NCBI RefSeq assembly: GCF_001194135.2
Contig: NC_068986.1
Location: forward strand, 4,669,108-4,723,764
Source of the DNA: Octopus bimaculoides
Taxonomy: Eukaryota
DNA length: 54,657 bases
Direction of reading: 5' to 3'
How positions within the stretch are numbered: position 1 is the first letter of the stretch; every line of letters begins with the position of its first letter. The position numbers were made by a program, and so were the translations under genes. Under the pieces are notes generated by a model. It saw nothing but the letters and a program-made list of their open reading frames with translations. It was not told where the DNA came from and made no database searches. Below are positions 10,023-23,269 of the stretch, in pieces.

Positions 10023-11604
10023 TCTAGTTGCTTTATAAAAGTTCTGTTCTCACTGCTGTTTGCTCTGCTATGACTGATCTACCTGTTTACCTTTAACACA
10101 TCTTCTATTTCACTAAACATATGCCAAAATAATCATCATCTTTCAGTTTTTAATCAGAAACACAACATCAAAATAGAGATATTGACTTTGTTGTCAGCTA
10201 AAAATCTCTTTTGCAGGATCTGCCAATTCACGAATGTATATTTTCTCTCACATACACATCATAAACATTTTAATGTTTATACAGTTATTAATAAAACTAA
10301 TTGTGCGAAGTTTCTCTGTCTCGGATTTCAAGATAAATAACATTTCATGTTAGAAAGATACATGCACACTTAACAATAGGTGCCAGGCTGTCTCTACTTT
10401 CACCAGAGGCAACATTATTTGTGTTTGATTATCCCTTGGATGATGATTCACTTCTAAAAAAAGGAAGCCTGTATTTATGTTGAATATTCATTTATTTTCT
10501 TCTTTAAAAAGAACTTGTTTTAAATTACTTATTCTTTAATAGCTGGTATATGACATTGTCTTCAGTAGCAATACTACAACAACAAGAATAACATATACTT
10601 TGCAGATTTAGATTTCAGTTCACATTGTGAAATCCTACACAAGATTTTCTTTTTATATTTAATATAAAATTCCTTTCCTTTTGGCTATCCTGTATATATA
10701 GCTATTATTGTGACACCTACACTGTAAAAGATTGATTTCATTGGCTAATTGAATAATGCAAATCATGTTTATTAACATTTTGAGTGTATTTGTGTGCATA
10801 TGCATTAAAATGAGCATATTTTCAGGCATGAAATGTGCAATAATGTCGATAGTTTATCTGATCTGTAGTCAGTAATTAGTGTGTGAAATTTGAATGAAGA
10901 ACATAGTGATTTAATTGATGATATCAGAGAAAGAAATCTGATAGTTATCGTAGAATTATGTGAAACTCTGGTTATAATTATTGGTAAATTTCTTATTGGA
11001 GATCAAAACGAGTCGAGAGAAATGAAATTGCGGTGTAATTTTAAATATCCTAATCTTTGGTCGATAAATCATTGGCTGTAGTTATTCTGTTCAAGGAATG
11101 TGTGTGTATGTGCATATACACTCACACACACAAACTAAATATAATATGTATGAATGTGTGTGTGTGTGTATATCTATAATACACAAAATGGCAGTCTGGT
11201 AAGAAGCTTGCTTCCCAACCACATGGTTTTCGGTTCAGTCCCAGCTAGCTTATGTGATACTAGCCTTATGTGATTCTTACAGACCTAGGTTTCTGGATTT
11301 TATCCGTCCTCTGTGTGAGACAATCACCAGCTAATGACAAAATCTATCTCCACTTGCAAACACACACATTTTTATTAAAGCTGCAAACTTATCACAAGAC
11401 TATTACTCAGAGTTTCATGTCCCTTTCATTAGACATCACAACTGTCCGATGAATTGGAATGTAAAATAATGATTAACAGTTTTGTGATAATTTTGTAGCT
11501 TTAATAAAAGTATATTACTCTATGTTTGGTATTCAAGTACTATTTTTCACTTTATGCGCTCACCTGTGTGTGTGTGTGCGTGTGTGTGTTTGTTTGTGGT
11601 TCTA

Positions 11605-11760
11605 TTGTTTAGCTCCAGGTCAATCTTTATTGAGCAAAAGCATTCCAACCATGATGATTCTGCCTAATTATGAATATATAAGACCACATTTGCCAATGTA
11701 TCTTTTTCCCAAGATGGTAGGGAGAGATTTGAAAGAAATTTAGTTGCTATTTCTTGTAGT
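11605..11760 (-). repeat. Family D
   Basis: ttgtttagctccaggtcaa..aaagcattccaaccatga..ttgctatttct is the rc of family D. Confidence 0.5.
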
Positions 11761-13618
11761 CTTGTAGTTTTCATTAGCTTGTGTGTATGTATGGATAAGA
11801 TATTAGATTACCAGTTCATGGCTTACAATGCTTCATCGATACCAAAATTTATAATGAAATGAATAAATGCTGCAATTATTATTATAAATGCTGCATGTTA
11901 ATAAACAAGATTAATTGTTTGTTTTAAATAGTAAATCACATTAGAACAGAAATATAAGCAAAGTGACCTACAAGAATATGAAAACTAAAATAGGTTGTAA
12001 CATTTAATTCACTTCGAAATTTAATAATGTCGCATCGTGCTGCAGTTTTTCACTCTACATTTACAAGTAGAATGACCTTTTAATGTTCATATGATCTCTG
12101 AATAATCTAAGTGGAAACTATTCTTGAATAGTCATGTCATAAATAAATGTTGGTTTTCTGTAAGGACGTGTTAAAATTTAATTTGAGCAAGCAACAGTGC
12201 AAAAATAAAAAGAAAAGAAAGAGAGAGAGAGAAAAATAGAGAAAGGAAGTCATTTGAGATGTTTACAAGGGTTTATCTAAGATCCCTAGGCAATATGTAA
12301 AAAGAAAAAGAAAAAATATTTGAAGACAAACGTTTTTAAATATGACAAAAATGGTAAATGTTTAAGAAAACCTGTATTTATATAATTTAATTTCTTGAAA
12401 TATTATTAATTTTTTTTTCAGAAATGCATTTTGGCTTTTGATATTCTTAAACCCAATGGAAATTAAAGTAATGTTCATAGAGCTAACATGAATGAATTAT
12501 GTCTTTTAGTTTCATTTTCCACATACTAAGAGAAAATAAACCTCTTCTAGCTTTGTTTGGCACAAAAATTCAATAATAGTTAGAGTGAATATGATTTTGT
12601 GAGAACAGGTTAAAAATACATTGGAAAAACAGCAGTAAAAAACAAAAATGTTTAGTTACATGATATTAATAAAATGTTAGGTGTGCATAATGTGCTGTGA
12701 GAGTGTACATGTATATTGTGAAAGTCAAATACGTAAAAGCAGATTGATAATGGTCAACAGTACAAAGAAAGGCAGGAAATTTTTATATTTTAAACTGATG
12801 GAAATATTAATTGGCATCTCATTCTGCAAACAATTTAAAATAGCTGATTCTATTCTATCGAGGCAAAACCCAAGAGAAAGCTAACTCTAGCTGAAAGAAA
12901 GAGAAATAAGACAGCTTGTTCATGGCTGTTGATTGAAAATAAGAGAAAATCTTGACTTCCACTTCAATAAGTTTGTAAGTAGTGGTCCAGTAGTCTATAA
13001 GTTGGTTCTAAAACTTACTTATAAACTACTGGTCTTTGACTGGTTAAAATAATGTATATAAAAAAAAACATTGAAACAGTAAAATGTTACTTGAATGAGA
13101 TTACTACAACGCTTATTATGTTGGTTTCAGTTTGACATTCTTAGCATCCATTGCATTTTATCTAAATAATTAGTTATATAAAGTTTATTAAACGCTAGTG
13201 TTTCACAAAAATTCTTATATTTGCAATTTCTTTCATTATAGTTCTCATGAATTTTGCTTTTATCCTGAAAAACTCTACCAGAAAAAACTAAGATAAGCAT
13301 GTAGCATACATTTTGGTGGCTAACCACTTAAAAGTGTTATCAGATACCAAGTGATTACTAGGATTAGAGCAAGTTATCTTAGCTTCCACCTTCTCATAAA
13401 ACTATGATTTCCTTGACAAAATACAGTATTTTCACAAGTCATTCTCTTAATATGGTATCTCTCTTTTGAAAGACAATTCAACTAATTATTAAGTACCTGT
13501 CAAGGTATGCTTAGTAGAGAATGGCACACATCCTAATATAAACAATATTTTTAAGATGTGACATAAATTATTTATATATTTCATGTGTGCATGTGTGTTT
13601 ATATGTATGCTTACATAA

Positions 13619-13668
<50 letters not shown>

Positions 13669-14022
13669 GCATACTCACAATCTATGTATATCTGAAAACA
13701 TGTTGTCTATTACATAATTGTTGTCTTACCTCAATTAACACTACAAATTTTATCCAGATTAATTACAAGGAAAACAAATTACTTCTGTAATTTAAGTGTC
13801 TGGAATCAACTTTGTGTCACATGGTTTTATCTAATTAATTACTTGGTAATTTTTCTTTATCATCCAGCTTTTGTTAATGATAGGAAGGGTAAATTTAATG
13901 AAATCGGCTATTTTATATAATTCTTAATAAATGGTATAGCATAGAATTAACTCATCAAATTCTTGAAACAAAGCACTAGACCAATTCCATGACAAATGTG
14001 TTGCATTGGAATGCAATATATT

Positions 14023-14407
14023 CTTTTCTACTCTAGGTACAGGGCCCAAAATTTTGGGGGAGGAGGCCAGTCGATTAGATCAATCCCAGTGTTCAACAGG
14101 TACTTAATTTATTGACCCTGAAAGGATGAAAGGCAAAGTTGTCCTCAGCAGAATTTGAACTCAGAACATAGAGACAAATGAAAAGAGTATTCTTTTCTAC
14201 TCAAGGCACAAGACCCGAAATTTTTGGGGAGGGGTCCAGTTGGTTAGATCGACCCCAATAAACAACTGGTACTTAATTTATCAACTCTGAAAGGATAAAA
14301 GGGAAAGTCGACCTCAGCGGAATTTGAACTCAGAAAATAAAAATAGATGAAATACCGCTAAGCATTTTTCCCAGTGTGCTAACATTTCTACCATCTTGCT
14401 GTCTTTG
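14023..14407 (-). mobile_element. SINE family B head-to-tail dimer
   Basis: A full copy (14185-14407) plus a head-less copy (14023-14182). Flanked once by GCAATATATT (14013-22, 14412-21). Confidence 0.82.
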
Positions 14408-15282
14408 AAACGCAATATATTGTAAGTAAAAAGGTTTAAATTAAGTGGAAAATTACCTTTGCAGATATTTTGGGGATCAACTTTTGTTTTGTGTGGATAT
14501 CAGTTTGAAGAGAAAAAGATTTTAGAAGGGCATTTTAGCAGTTTTCTCAATTTTGATAATGTGCTTAGGTATTCATTATTTTACAGGTATGGGAAAGTGC
14601 ATAGCCTAGTAATTAGGGTATTTTGATTGTGTCATATTGATAAAAGAATTAGTAAACAAAAAATCAAATTTGACAGTATAAAATTGAAGATCTTATACTG
14701 TCAATAGGAACAAGAACGGAATTTTATTGGTACACTGTCAAAGAAACAGCTATACCTCTCTTGAATATCAGTTCTTAGCTTGGTTACCAAAGGAAGTTTC
14801 ATAAGACTGAACAAATCAAACATCACCATAATGTATAAACTGTGCCATCATACTATCGTACTACTGTCATGCATGAAAAAAGCCCAACCTTTGAAAATAC
14901 TGCCTTTGAACTGGTAGAGATTTCAATTAACTTTAGAAGGAAGGATCTATGAAATGACATAAACTCCTACTCGTGTCATTCGTTTATCTAAACAGACTTG
15001 CTTTCATCTGAATCTGTTATGACTTTATGCAATTGCATTGGGGCAGGCAAATTTTTTAAAGAATCTCCCTTTAGCCAAATAGAAAATTGGAGAAATGTAG
15101 TTTTTCAGAAAAAAGAGGGGAAAAAAACTATAATTTTATTATTATTGTTAGATATTAGTTGATTTATAAAGCTCTACAATTTTCTTCGAAATAACAAGTT
15201 CTGACTTTCAGCTCATCCTGAAATTTTTTATATTTCATTAAGTTTAGCCAGTCATCTTGATTAAAATATATTCCAAGTTCCT

Positions 15283-15640
15283 TTTATTCATTCCACTAGT
15301 TTCAGTCATTGTGAATTGCCTTGAAGGGCTTCAGTTAATCATCTCTATCTCCAGTACTTATTTCAGTTTGAGGCTTATTTTATCAATCTCTTTTTGTTAA
15401 ACCACTAAGTTACAGATGTGAAGCAGCACAACAACACACAATCTAGTTTTCAAACCAGTTAAACATAAGGACAAACACACAAATGCATATATATTACAGG
15501 CTTCTACACAGTTTCCAATTACTAAATTCCACTCACAGACTATTAGTCAACTCAAGGATATAGTAGATAACACTTGTCCAAAATACCATGTTGTAGGTTC
15601 AAACCTTGGACTGTGCTACTGTGAAGCTAACCTCTTAACA
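15283..15640 (-). mobile_element. SINE family A, decayed
   Basis: rc similarity: aaccactaagttac, ccactcaca, tatagtagataacacttgtcc. Confidence 0.55.
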
Positions 15641-18600
15641 ATAGTTACCATTTTATCTTTAGTTTATTACTTTTATGTATCCCAGCTCACAAAGCAGCAT
15701 ATTAAGAAAATAGTTCTTGAGACAGCAGTCATCCTATACAAGTCTCAAGTTTAATTGCAACAGCAACAATGGTAATGTATTATGTTTCACTACAGTACAT
15801 TTTGCCTAAACATCTTAATAAAAGAAGGGTAACTAAGAGGAATTTTCATGTGCATTATTACTGGTACTGCATATTCTTATGGCATGAAAGTCTGTAGATG
15901 ATTATTATTATTCTTTCACTGTTCTTTCTGTCTCTATGATTGATTAGTCCCTATGGCTGTTTTATTGTACAGCTCATATAACTATTTACCATTATTCATC
16001 ACATTTGTCATATTGAGAACAAGGATTTATAAAGACATTATGTGAATAATTTCTTGATATTTTGGATTTGAAGCATATCTGATTATAAGGATATAATTTC
16101 TCCAGCAAAAGACTTTGCTGTTTTTATTCATCGCCTTGCCTTCAAATAGTTCATCATTTTAACTCATTTAAAAGCCCTGGTTGTATTAACAAATATATTT
16201 CTTAATCTTATCTGGTGATTTGCCTGGATCAATGCAACTTTTTCATCCCAAACGTCTTGATTGAGCAATAAGGCATGATTGTTTGACTTCGGTTTTAGTT
16301 ATATTGGTCTTTTCTCTAACTGAAATCTCTCATCAGCACATGTCATGACTACAGATGACAGCTATAGTTTGCAAACTGAAATGCTTGACCCTGGTCATCA
16401 ACAGTTTGTTGTTTGTTCATCTGCTGAAATAGTCACATCCACGATGCTGCATTCCTTGATTTTAATTTGGTTACATGCTATTTAACCAATAGAGTAGCTG
16501 ACAGGTGCAGCTACTCCAGCTCAGAGTTGACCTGGAAACAGAGATAGCTATATGGTGATTCCACACTCCTCAAAATCCGAGAACATCTGAACCAGGGCCC
16601 CACTACCAGATGCAGTTTAAAGACATACCCCAGAACTAATATATTTCTATCCTATTAATTAAGCTGAGATACAAGTAACAAGTTTTATGATTAAAGAGAT
16701 GGAACACAAATCGAATAATAACCAATAAAAGAGTCAAACAGTATTTATAGACTTATTGAAATATTCTTTAGTACATGTTTAAAAATTATAAGTAATCTTT
16801 CACAAAAATTTATCTCAGATTGAAGTATGTATTATTTTTGGTCAATTAGATCATTTATCATAATAAATATTAATGATATTCAGGGAACACATTTATACAC
16901 AGAAATATAAAAGTATAATTTTAACTCTTAGAGGCCTCAGACCTAAAGCAATATCAATTCAAGTGAATGATATGACTTGTATTAAAAGAGATTAAAAGAT
17001 GTTTCAATATATCTGACAAAGATTGGGATCTATCTGTATAATAACTCCAATTATTTTAATCAGTTTTAACATTTACTGTTATCTGTAAATGTATCAAACC
17101 CTCACTCAATAAACAAGTCTCTTCAATGACCTAATTTTACAATATACCTTACAGTGCTTAAGGCTTGCATACCTGTTTTTAATCTTTAATATCTTTTGTC
17201 TTCAAATTGAGGTTGATATATGAACATTTCTTGAAGCATTATTATCTAAGTTCTTTATACAAAAAATTAAAGCTAAATTAAAGCTAAATCACAATTATTA
17301 AAACACTAAAAGAAATCTCACTGATCAGTTTATCTTTAATAATTAACCAAAACTGATGATTTTTAAAATATATCTTAAAAGCAATCTTTATTTTCAGGAA
17401 ATATCCAGGTATTTTCTGACAAAGAGTTAATATGATTATATACAACAGTAAACACATTTTTTGAAAATGTAACTGAATGAAATACATCACTATCAGTTAT
17501 ATAAGTACCAGTTATATACTGAAGTTCGTTACTTCAATCACACCAGTTCTTTGCACATGTTGTCTTTGTGCCTAGGGGGAAAAAAAAACTGTTATCATTA
17601 TTATTGATGATGTCAACTGATGAAATGTTTATGTAGGTTCTTGTAAAAGATAGAAACACTGGTGGCATTAAAGAATAAGATAGATGTTCTGCAGTTTAGT
17701 GGTTTCTCTGATCAAATCCATCTGTTAACAATCTATATATGATACTTCAAGCCATTTGTCCATATTTCTCTCTCTCTCTGTTCTAGAAACAGGGGCAATT
17801 TGAAAGCTGTTTCATTTTTCTTTCTCTGAAGTAAAACGTTGCAATATTTCTATACATAATGTGGAATAGAAATTATTGAAATACTTTTTATTTTGGATGA
17901 AAAGGGATTAATACGATGTGGTTGAGTGCGTATTCAAAGGAATCAATATTTCAGACCCTAGACGGCCACCGTTAGACAAACATCAGGAACTCACAAAGAT
18001 AACCCTCGCCCAAAACAGTTTCTCTTCTATTCAATGTAGTGATTTGAAAGACAAGTCCTCCTGAATGTATAATGCAAGTTTCTGCACAGACGTAATAATA
18101 GCTGTAGCTTGAAAACTAATAAATTATATCAAAATTTATTTAACCAACATTTAAACTGTAGCCAATTATCAACCGCTTTTCTTTCAACTTCACTACTGAT
18201 CAAATACATCACATAATCAAAGTATCGATTGTGTATAAAATATAGACATTAAAGGGTCAGTTATTTCCCAGTACTAGAAGCAAATGTTTAATACTGGAGT
18301 CATGTATAAAATTAAATGTTATGGTTGGATACCCTTCGTAGCATGAATAGTTTTTATATAAAAAAATACATATATTTCTTTCATTTCTTTTTTTTTTTGT
18401 TAATGAAACTGGTTTGTAAAATGAAGCAAGTGAATGGTGAAAATTGGGTGAGTAAATAGTATGGGATAGCGATTACTGACAAATAAAAATGATACTCTGA
18501 AGGGAATTGTAGCTACTAATTTGCAGGATGTAGTTTTGTAACAGAATTAAACTCGAGTCAGTCTGTAATAGGGGAAAGAGTTTCCAGCAACTCATTTTAA

Positions 18601-19540
18601 TCAATATCTGAAAAGAAAAGCTAATGATTGTGACTACAATAAGCATTATCATGTAAAACAAATTTAAATTGCATTCAAGATAATTTTGTTTGCGCAATAA
18701 TATATTGCTATTTGCTACATTTCTCCATATTATAAAACAATTTTTGCTGCTATGGATTTTCCGAAACCCTTTCTTTCTCTATATGAATTACTAAGTATTT
18801 ACCTAAATTCAACAGCTAAGGATTAGAAGCATTGCATGGAAAGGAATAAGAATAACTGTTTTACCTTTTTGGTATTCTTATTCTTCAGTTATCAATAATG
18901 CTTCACTTTTCATGTTTGCTCAAAGATTTTCCAACATATAAAAATGTGCTATAGGGGCATCACTCTCAAAATCCTTGTTTTATTTGTTCTTTGTTTTGTT
19001 TTTGTTTTTGTTTTCTTTTGTTTTTTAACACAGCAATAAATAAATAAACAATTGCTAGTTTTTCAAATAAACAACTTCTGCATCACTCAAAAAGCAATTC
19101 TTTTCTTCAAACTTTCCTTGAATGAAGACTCCATTGCTAACAATGCACACTGAATATTACTCATAAAATTAACTCCACATTATTGGTATCTAACAAATTC
19201 TTTGTTTATAAGCAAAAAAAAAACCACAAACAAAAAACACATTAACACTTTTTGATTTTGAGTGTTCTTCATCTGTTCTTTCACTGTTTTAATATGGGTT
19301 GGATTTAGAAAAATCAGCTTTCGTAGCTATTTTACTTGAATTATAAGATTTAAAGAAAGCTTATAACTTTGTAAAACTTCAAAACCAAAAGATATAATCT
19401 TAATGTCATTTATATTCTAATTTGATTAAAGTTACTTCACATATGAGATGAATTAAACATTGTTAATTTTACCATGTCAGTTATAGAAATAAGCAGTTTT
19501 AGTTAATTAGCTACACACCTTTATTTTACAGTTTATATAT

Positions 19541-19739
19541 TCTTTTACTTATTTCAGTCATTTGACTGTGGCCTTGCTAGAGCACTGCTTTTAGTCGAAC
19601 AAGTCGACTCCAGGACTTATTCTTTGTAAGCCTAGTACTTATTCTATTGGTCTCTTTTGCCAAACCACTAAGTTACGGGGATATAAACACACCAACATCA
19701 GTTGTCAAGTGATAGTAGGGGACAAACACAGACACACAA

Positions 19740-19778
<39 letters not shown>

Positions 19779-19943
19779 CAACAAGCTTCTTTCAGTTTCA
19801 ATCTACCAAATCCACTCACAAGGCTTTGGTTGGTCCGAGGCTATAGTAGAAGACACTTGCCCAAGATGCCACGCAGTGGGACTGAATCCAGAACCATGTG
19901 GTTGAAAAGCAAGCTTCTTACACCCCCACCCCCTCCTGCACCT
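19541..19943 (-). mobile_element. SINE family A, full length
   Basis: Reverse complement of 51487-51904 over its whole length. Confidence 0.88.
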
Positions 19944-20354
19944 ATTTGCATGTTAACCAGAAACCCTTTTTTTCTTAAACTCTTGATCGTCATATGTCCA
20001 GTTTCAAGTTAAGAAATTGTTTTGCAGTTCAGAAAAATGTTTAATTCCATTAATGATTCTTTATCAGTTTAATCTATTCGAAATATATTCCATGAAAGCA
20101 AAAATTTAATGCTTTGCAAACCCAATGACTGAAAGATATATATTATTATTTAATTAGAATTTGAATTGTAATAATATTGATATTAACATTGCTAATGGTA
20201 AAAAAAACAAAATGTTACTTGGGATACTTTCCACAGTTGAAATCCAGATGACAGCATTCCATATTCCACATAAAATATAATCTGAAAAGTTAAAAAAGTG
20301 AAAAGGTTTGTCAGATCTATTCACTGAAAAATTTCAGTAACATACATGTAGCTT

Positions 20355-20605
20355 TATTATTATCATTATTATTATCATTATTATTATTCAGTAGTTTTAT
20401 TTTTATAACGTGCTTTCACTTCACTACCGAGCGCAGCTCTGTGCGCCTTGGGTATGTGCTGTGGTTTGCTGTGATGCTCTTATGGTTACTGTATTGAAAG
20501 TGTTTTGCGTAGGATGTGTGCTGTGCCCAGTAGTGCAATTTTCTGTATGTTATATATATTTGTAAGTCCTGGTGTTTTTGTTATGTATTTGTCTGAATAT
20601 TTTTT
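20355..20605 (-). mobile_element. R4/Dong-like non-LTR retrotransposon 3' end with (TAA)n tail
   Basis: Minus strand reads KYSDKYITKTPGLTNIYNIQKIALLGTAHILRKTLSIQ* (stop 20486-88). The QK..LLGTA.ILRK.L C-terminus is typical of RLE-type elements. About 100-nt UTR, then (AAT/GAT)n. Confidence 0.75.
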
Positions 20606-20616
20606 TTATTATACCT

Positions 20617-20780
20617 AAGGCGAAATGCTTAGCAGTATTTCATCTGACTTCGTGTTCTGAGCTCAAATTCCATTCAGGTCAACTTTGTCTTTCTTGGGTT
20701 CGATAAAATAAGTACCAGTTGAATATTGGAGCGGGGGGGGGGGCGATGTAATCGACTGTCCCCCACCCCCAAATTTCAGG
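20617..20780 (+). mobile_element. SINE family B, partial
   Basis: aaatgcttagcagtatttc..gataaaataagtaccagttg..caaatttcagg. Confidence 0.72.
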
Positions 20781-21225
20781 GGTGATAAGGTGCTGAGGCA
20801 ACCCCACAAAGTGAGTTGACGGATTGCTTTGGAAGATTGTATGGGAAGGAGTATGAGGAGTTAGGAAGGTAGGCTGCCAAAATGGGTAGGGTAGAAAGGA
20901 TGGATGAGCAAGAAGCTATGAGTTGGGGTAGATAGAGAGTTGCTGAAGAGAGAGGCATATAATTGAATAAATCAATACTAAAATTTGATCTTGGAATGCT
21001 AAAAAGCCAAGTTGATACCAGCAGGGTTTAAATGTAGTATGTAAAATGTCATGAATAAATACTGTAATGTCTTTTGTTCATAAACTCAACCAATCCTGGT
21101 CATCTAACAATCTTATTAATAATCTTAATATTTCATCAATGATATTAAATTGCTCACATTATATTTCACACTAAACATTGTTACAGGCAGAAATAAACAA
21201 ACTACATTGCAGTGATTAGTTTTAT

Positions 21226-21585
21226 ATTTACCTCCGCCAAGGAAGGAGGTTATGTTTTCATCAGTACTGGTTTGTCCGCCTGTGTGCAAGATAACTCAAA
21301 AAGTTGTGAACAGTATTTGATGAAACTTGCAGGCAAAGTTGATAATGATGAGATCTTGGTAGTGATCTGGGAATTTTTATGGATTCTTGAAGGATTTTTC
21401 ATTTGTTATATCTACTTTACATGAAGTATTTCAATGTTAGGTTCTTTGATTATCTCCCTTGAAAGTACGTTCATCATTTCTACATAACCTATGGTGGCAT
21501 TGTTGTTTCCAAAGTATATTTACATTTCTCTATTAGTAATTTTACTCGCGTATCTATCTTAAAATGAACTGCTTGGCGGAGGTCT
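21226..21585 (+). mobile_element. Helentron-associated element (HINE/DINE-1-like), 3' stem-loop missing
   Basis: Perfect 12-bp subterminal IR ACCTCCGCCAAG (21230-41) / CTTGGCGGAGGT (21572-83) and T-rich 5' end, followed by GGAGGTTATGTTTT. Family assignment is from recall of HINE architecture. Confidence 0.65.
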
Positions 21586-22078
21586 ACAGAGGATGACATG
21601 ACAAGCCTTGACTATTGGGATCAACTAAAAAAGCTCAGGCTTTGCTCCCTCCACCGCCGCTGTGAGCTCTATATCATCTGTATGATGTGGAAAATATTCC
21701 ATCAACATTGCCCATCTTTAAAATTCGTCCAAGGCTTGGCTCCCATGCCATCCATCCACTACAGAAATGTTTGTGTCGTATCACAACACTGTGACAGAAC
21801 TATTTCACCTCAATTGGCCCAACTCTCTTTAACATCGTGCCAGACACACATAAAGGAGGAAAGTGACTTCATGGCATTCAAACGATCCCTAGATGATTAC
21901 CCCCAACAAATACCAGATAAACCACCCACACCCAGATATGTCTCTGAAAACAATAACATTCTGCTTGAATGGGCTGCAGTTTCCCAGAGCTGACTGTGTA
22001 TCTCTTACAGGTGGTGCTATTAAATTAGACATGGCCTGAGTCAACTTCGGGCGAAACTTATCGAAGTAATCTAATCTA
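21586..22078 (+). mobile_element. 5'-truncated CR1-like LINE, ORF2 C-terminus plus 3' UTR
   Basis: MTSLDYWDQLKKLRLCSLHRRCELYIICMMWKI..(frameshift) SIGPTLFNIVP..FKRSLDDYPQQIPDKPPTPRY..NNILLEW*. Short AATCT-type tail at 22068-78. Confidence 0.8.
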
Positions 22079-22456
22079 TGTTGTAAGCTTTTAATCAAAG
22101 CATGACAACATGGGTAGAGGCTGATATCTTAACATTTCTGATGGTCTTAAGTATAAGAAAAATTATTAAAAATTTATATAGAAGTACATTCAGAGTATGT
22201 CTATAAGCTATTGTGTTTAGACCTGGTTTCTATCCTCAAACTGTTCCGTTTTGTAGATGCAATTTTTTTTTTTTTTTTTAATAAAGCACTCCGAAATTAG
22301 AAAAATCAAAAATCTGCAGCAATCTTGGTCCCATGAGTATCGGATAATGGATTTTCAACTGTGTAAAGAAACTGATTGTGGTGATTGTAGTTTTGACGTT
22401 GATTGTGGTGAAAGCAGAGACAGTGCTGATGATGACGATGGTCGAGACAAGTATGG

Positions 22457-22606
22457 GAGGAGGTTATGTTTTTGCCAGTGTTGGTTTGGGAAATTGGGCG
22501 ATTTTCAGCATGCGTGTATATGGGTGGAAATGGGTGGAAATGCGTGTATATGGGTGGAAATGAGGTGCTTGGCGGAGGTCTGCACTCTCCAAGTGCTTTT
22601 CTAGTT
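22457..22606 (+). mobile_element. Second, internally deleted HINE-like copy with intact 3' end
   Basis: GGAGGTTATGTTTTtgccagtgttggtttg resembles 21245-21274. It is followed by CTTGGCGGAGGT (22568-79), stem-loop GCACT-ctcca-AGTGC (22582-96) and TTTTCTAGTT. Confidence 0.65.
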
Positions 22607-23269
22607 CTATGTTATTTATTTTTACATTTTTAATTTATATACTGAAGATCCCTTTGTACTTCAACTCTCAGGAGTTGATAAAATAAATATCAACCATGTA
22701 CTAGACCCGACTGCTGTCTTCTTACGCTTTGTGACTCTTTGCCAAAGTGACATGTGTGTGTGTGTTATGAATAACACAACAGTGAGAAGAATATAATGAT
22801 TTTATTGCATTTTCAAGTCAATGTACCTGATATATTTTGTAGAATATGTAACTATCAAAATATAAATGAAATCAAACCTCAAAGTAAAACTAAATACGGT
22901 AATAGTTTTAAGATAGAAACAAGCCATCGTTCGAATGCTATATGTTTAATAGATATTTTGTATTCAAACAGTGCATATTAAAAAAATATATATCTATATA
23001 AATACATAGGTTTCGCTTAAGCATTGTTAGATTAATAAGCTTTCTCACTGGTAATGCCTTCCCTGTACATTGCAAAATGGAATTGTTTTTCTCCAAATAA
23101 ATTCATATTGTAGGCTGTAATAAAGCTATAGGTACTCAGCTAAGAGTCACACTGCATCTTATAGCAGAAACAGCTGTTATGCTAATGAAGTTTATGACAT
23201 GACCATTATTTTTCCTGAATCATCTCTTTTTCTTATATATATATATATATATGCAGACACACACACACA

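Noticed and set aside
12987-13032. 15-bp stem hairpin (CCAGTAGTCTATAAG / CTTATAAACTACTGG)
   Set aside because: Short, isolated and AT-rich, with no associated feature.
16300-16345. CUGAUGA...GAAA on the minus strand
   Set aside because: No stem II closing pair and no NUH/stem III.
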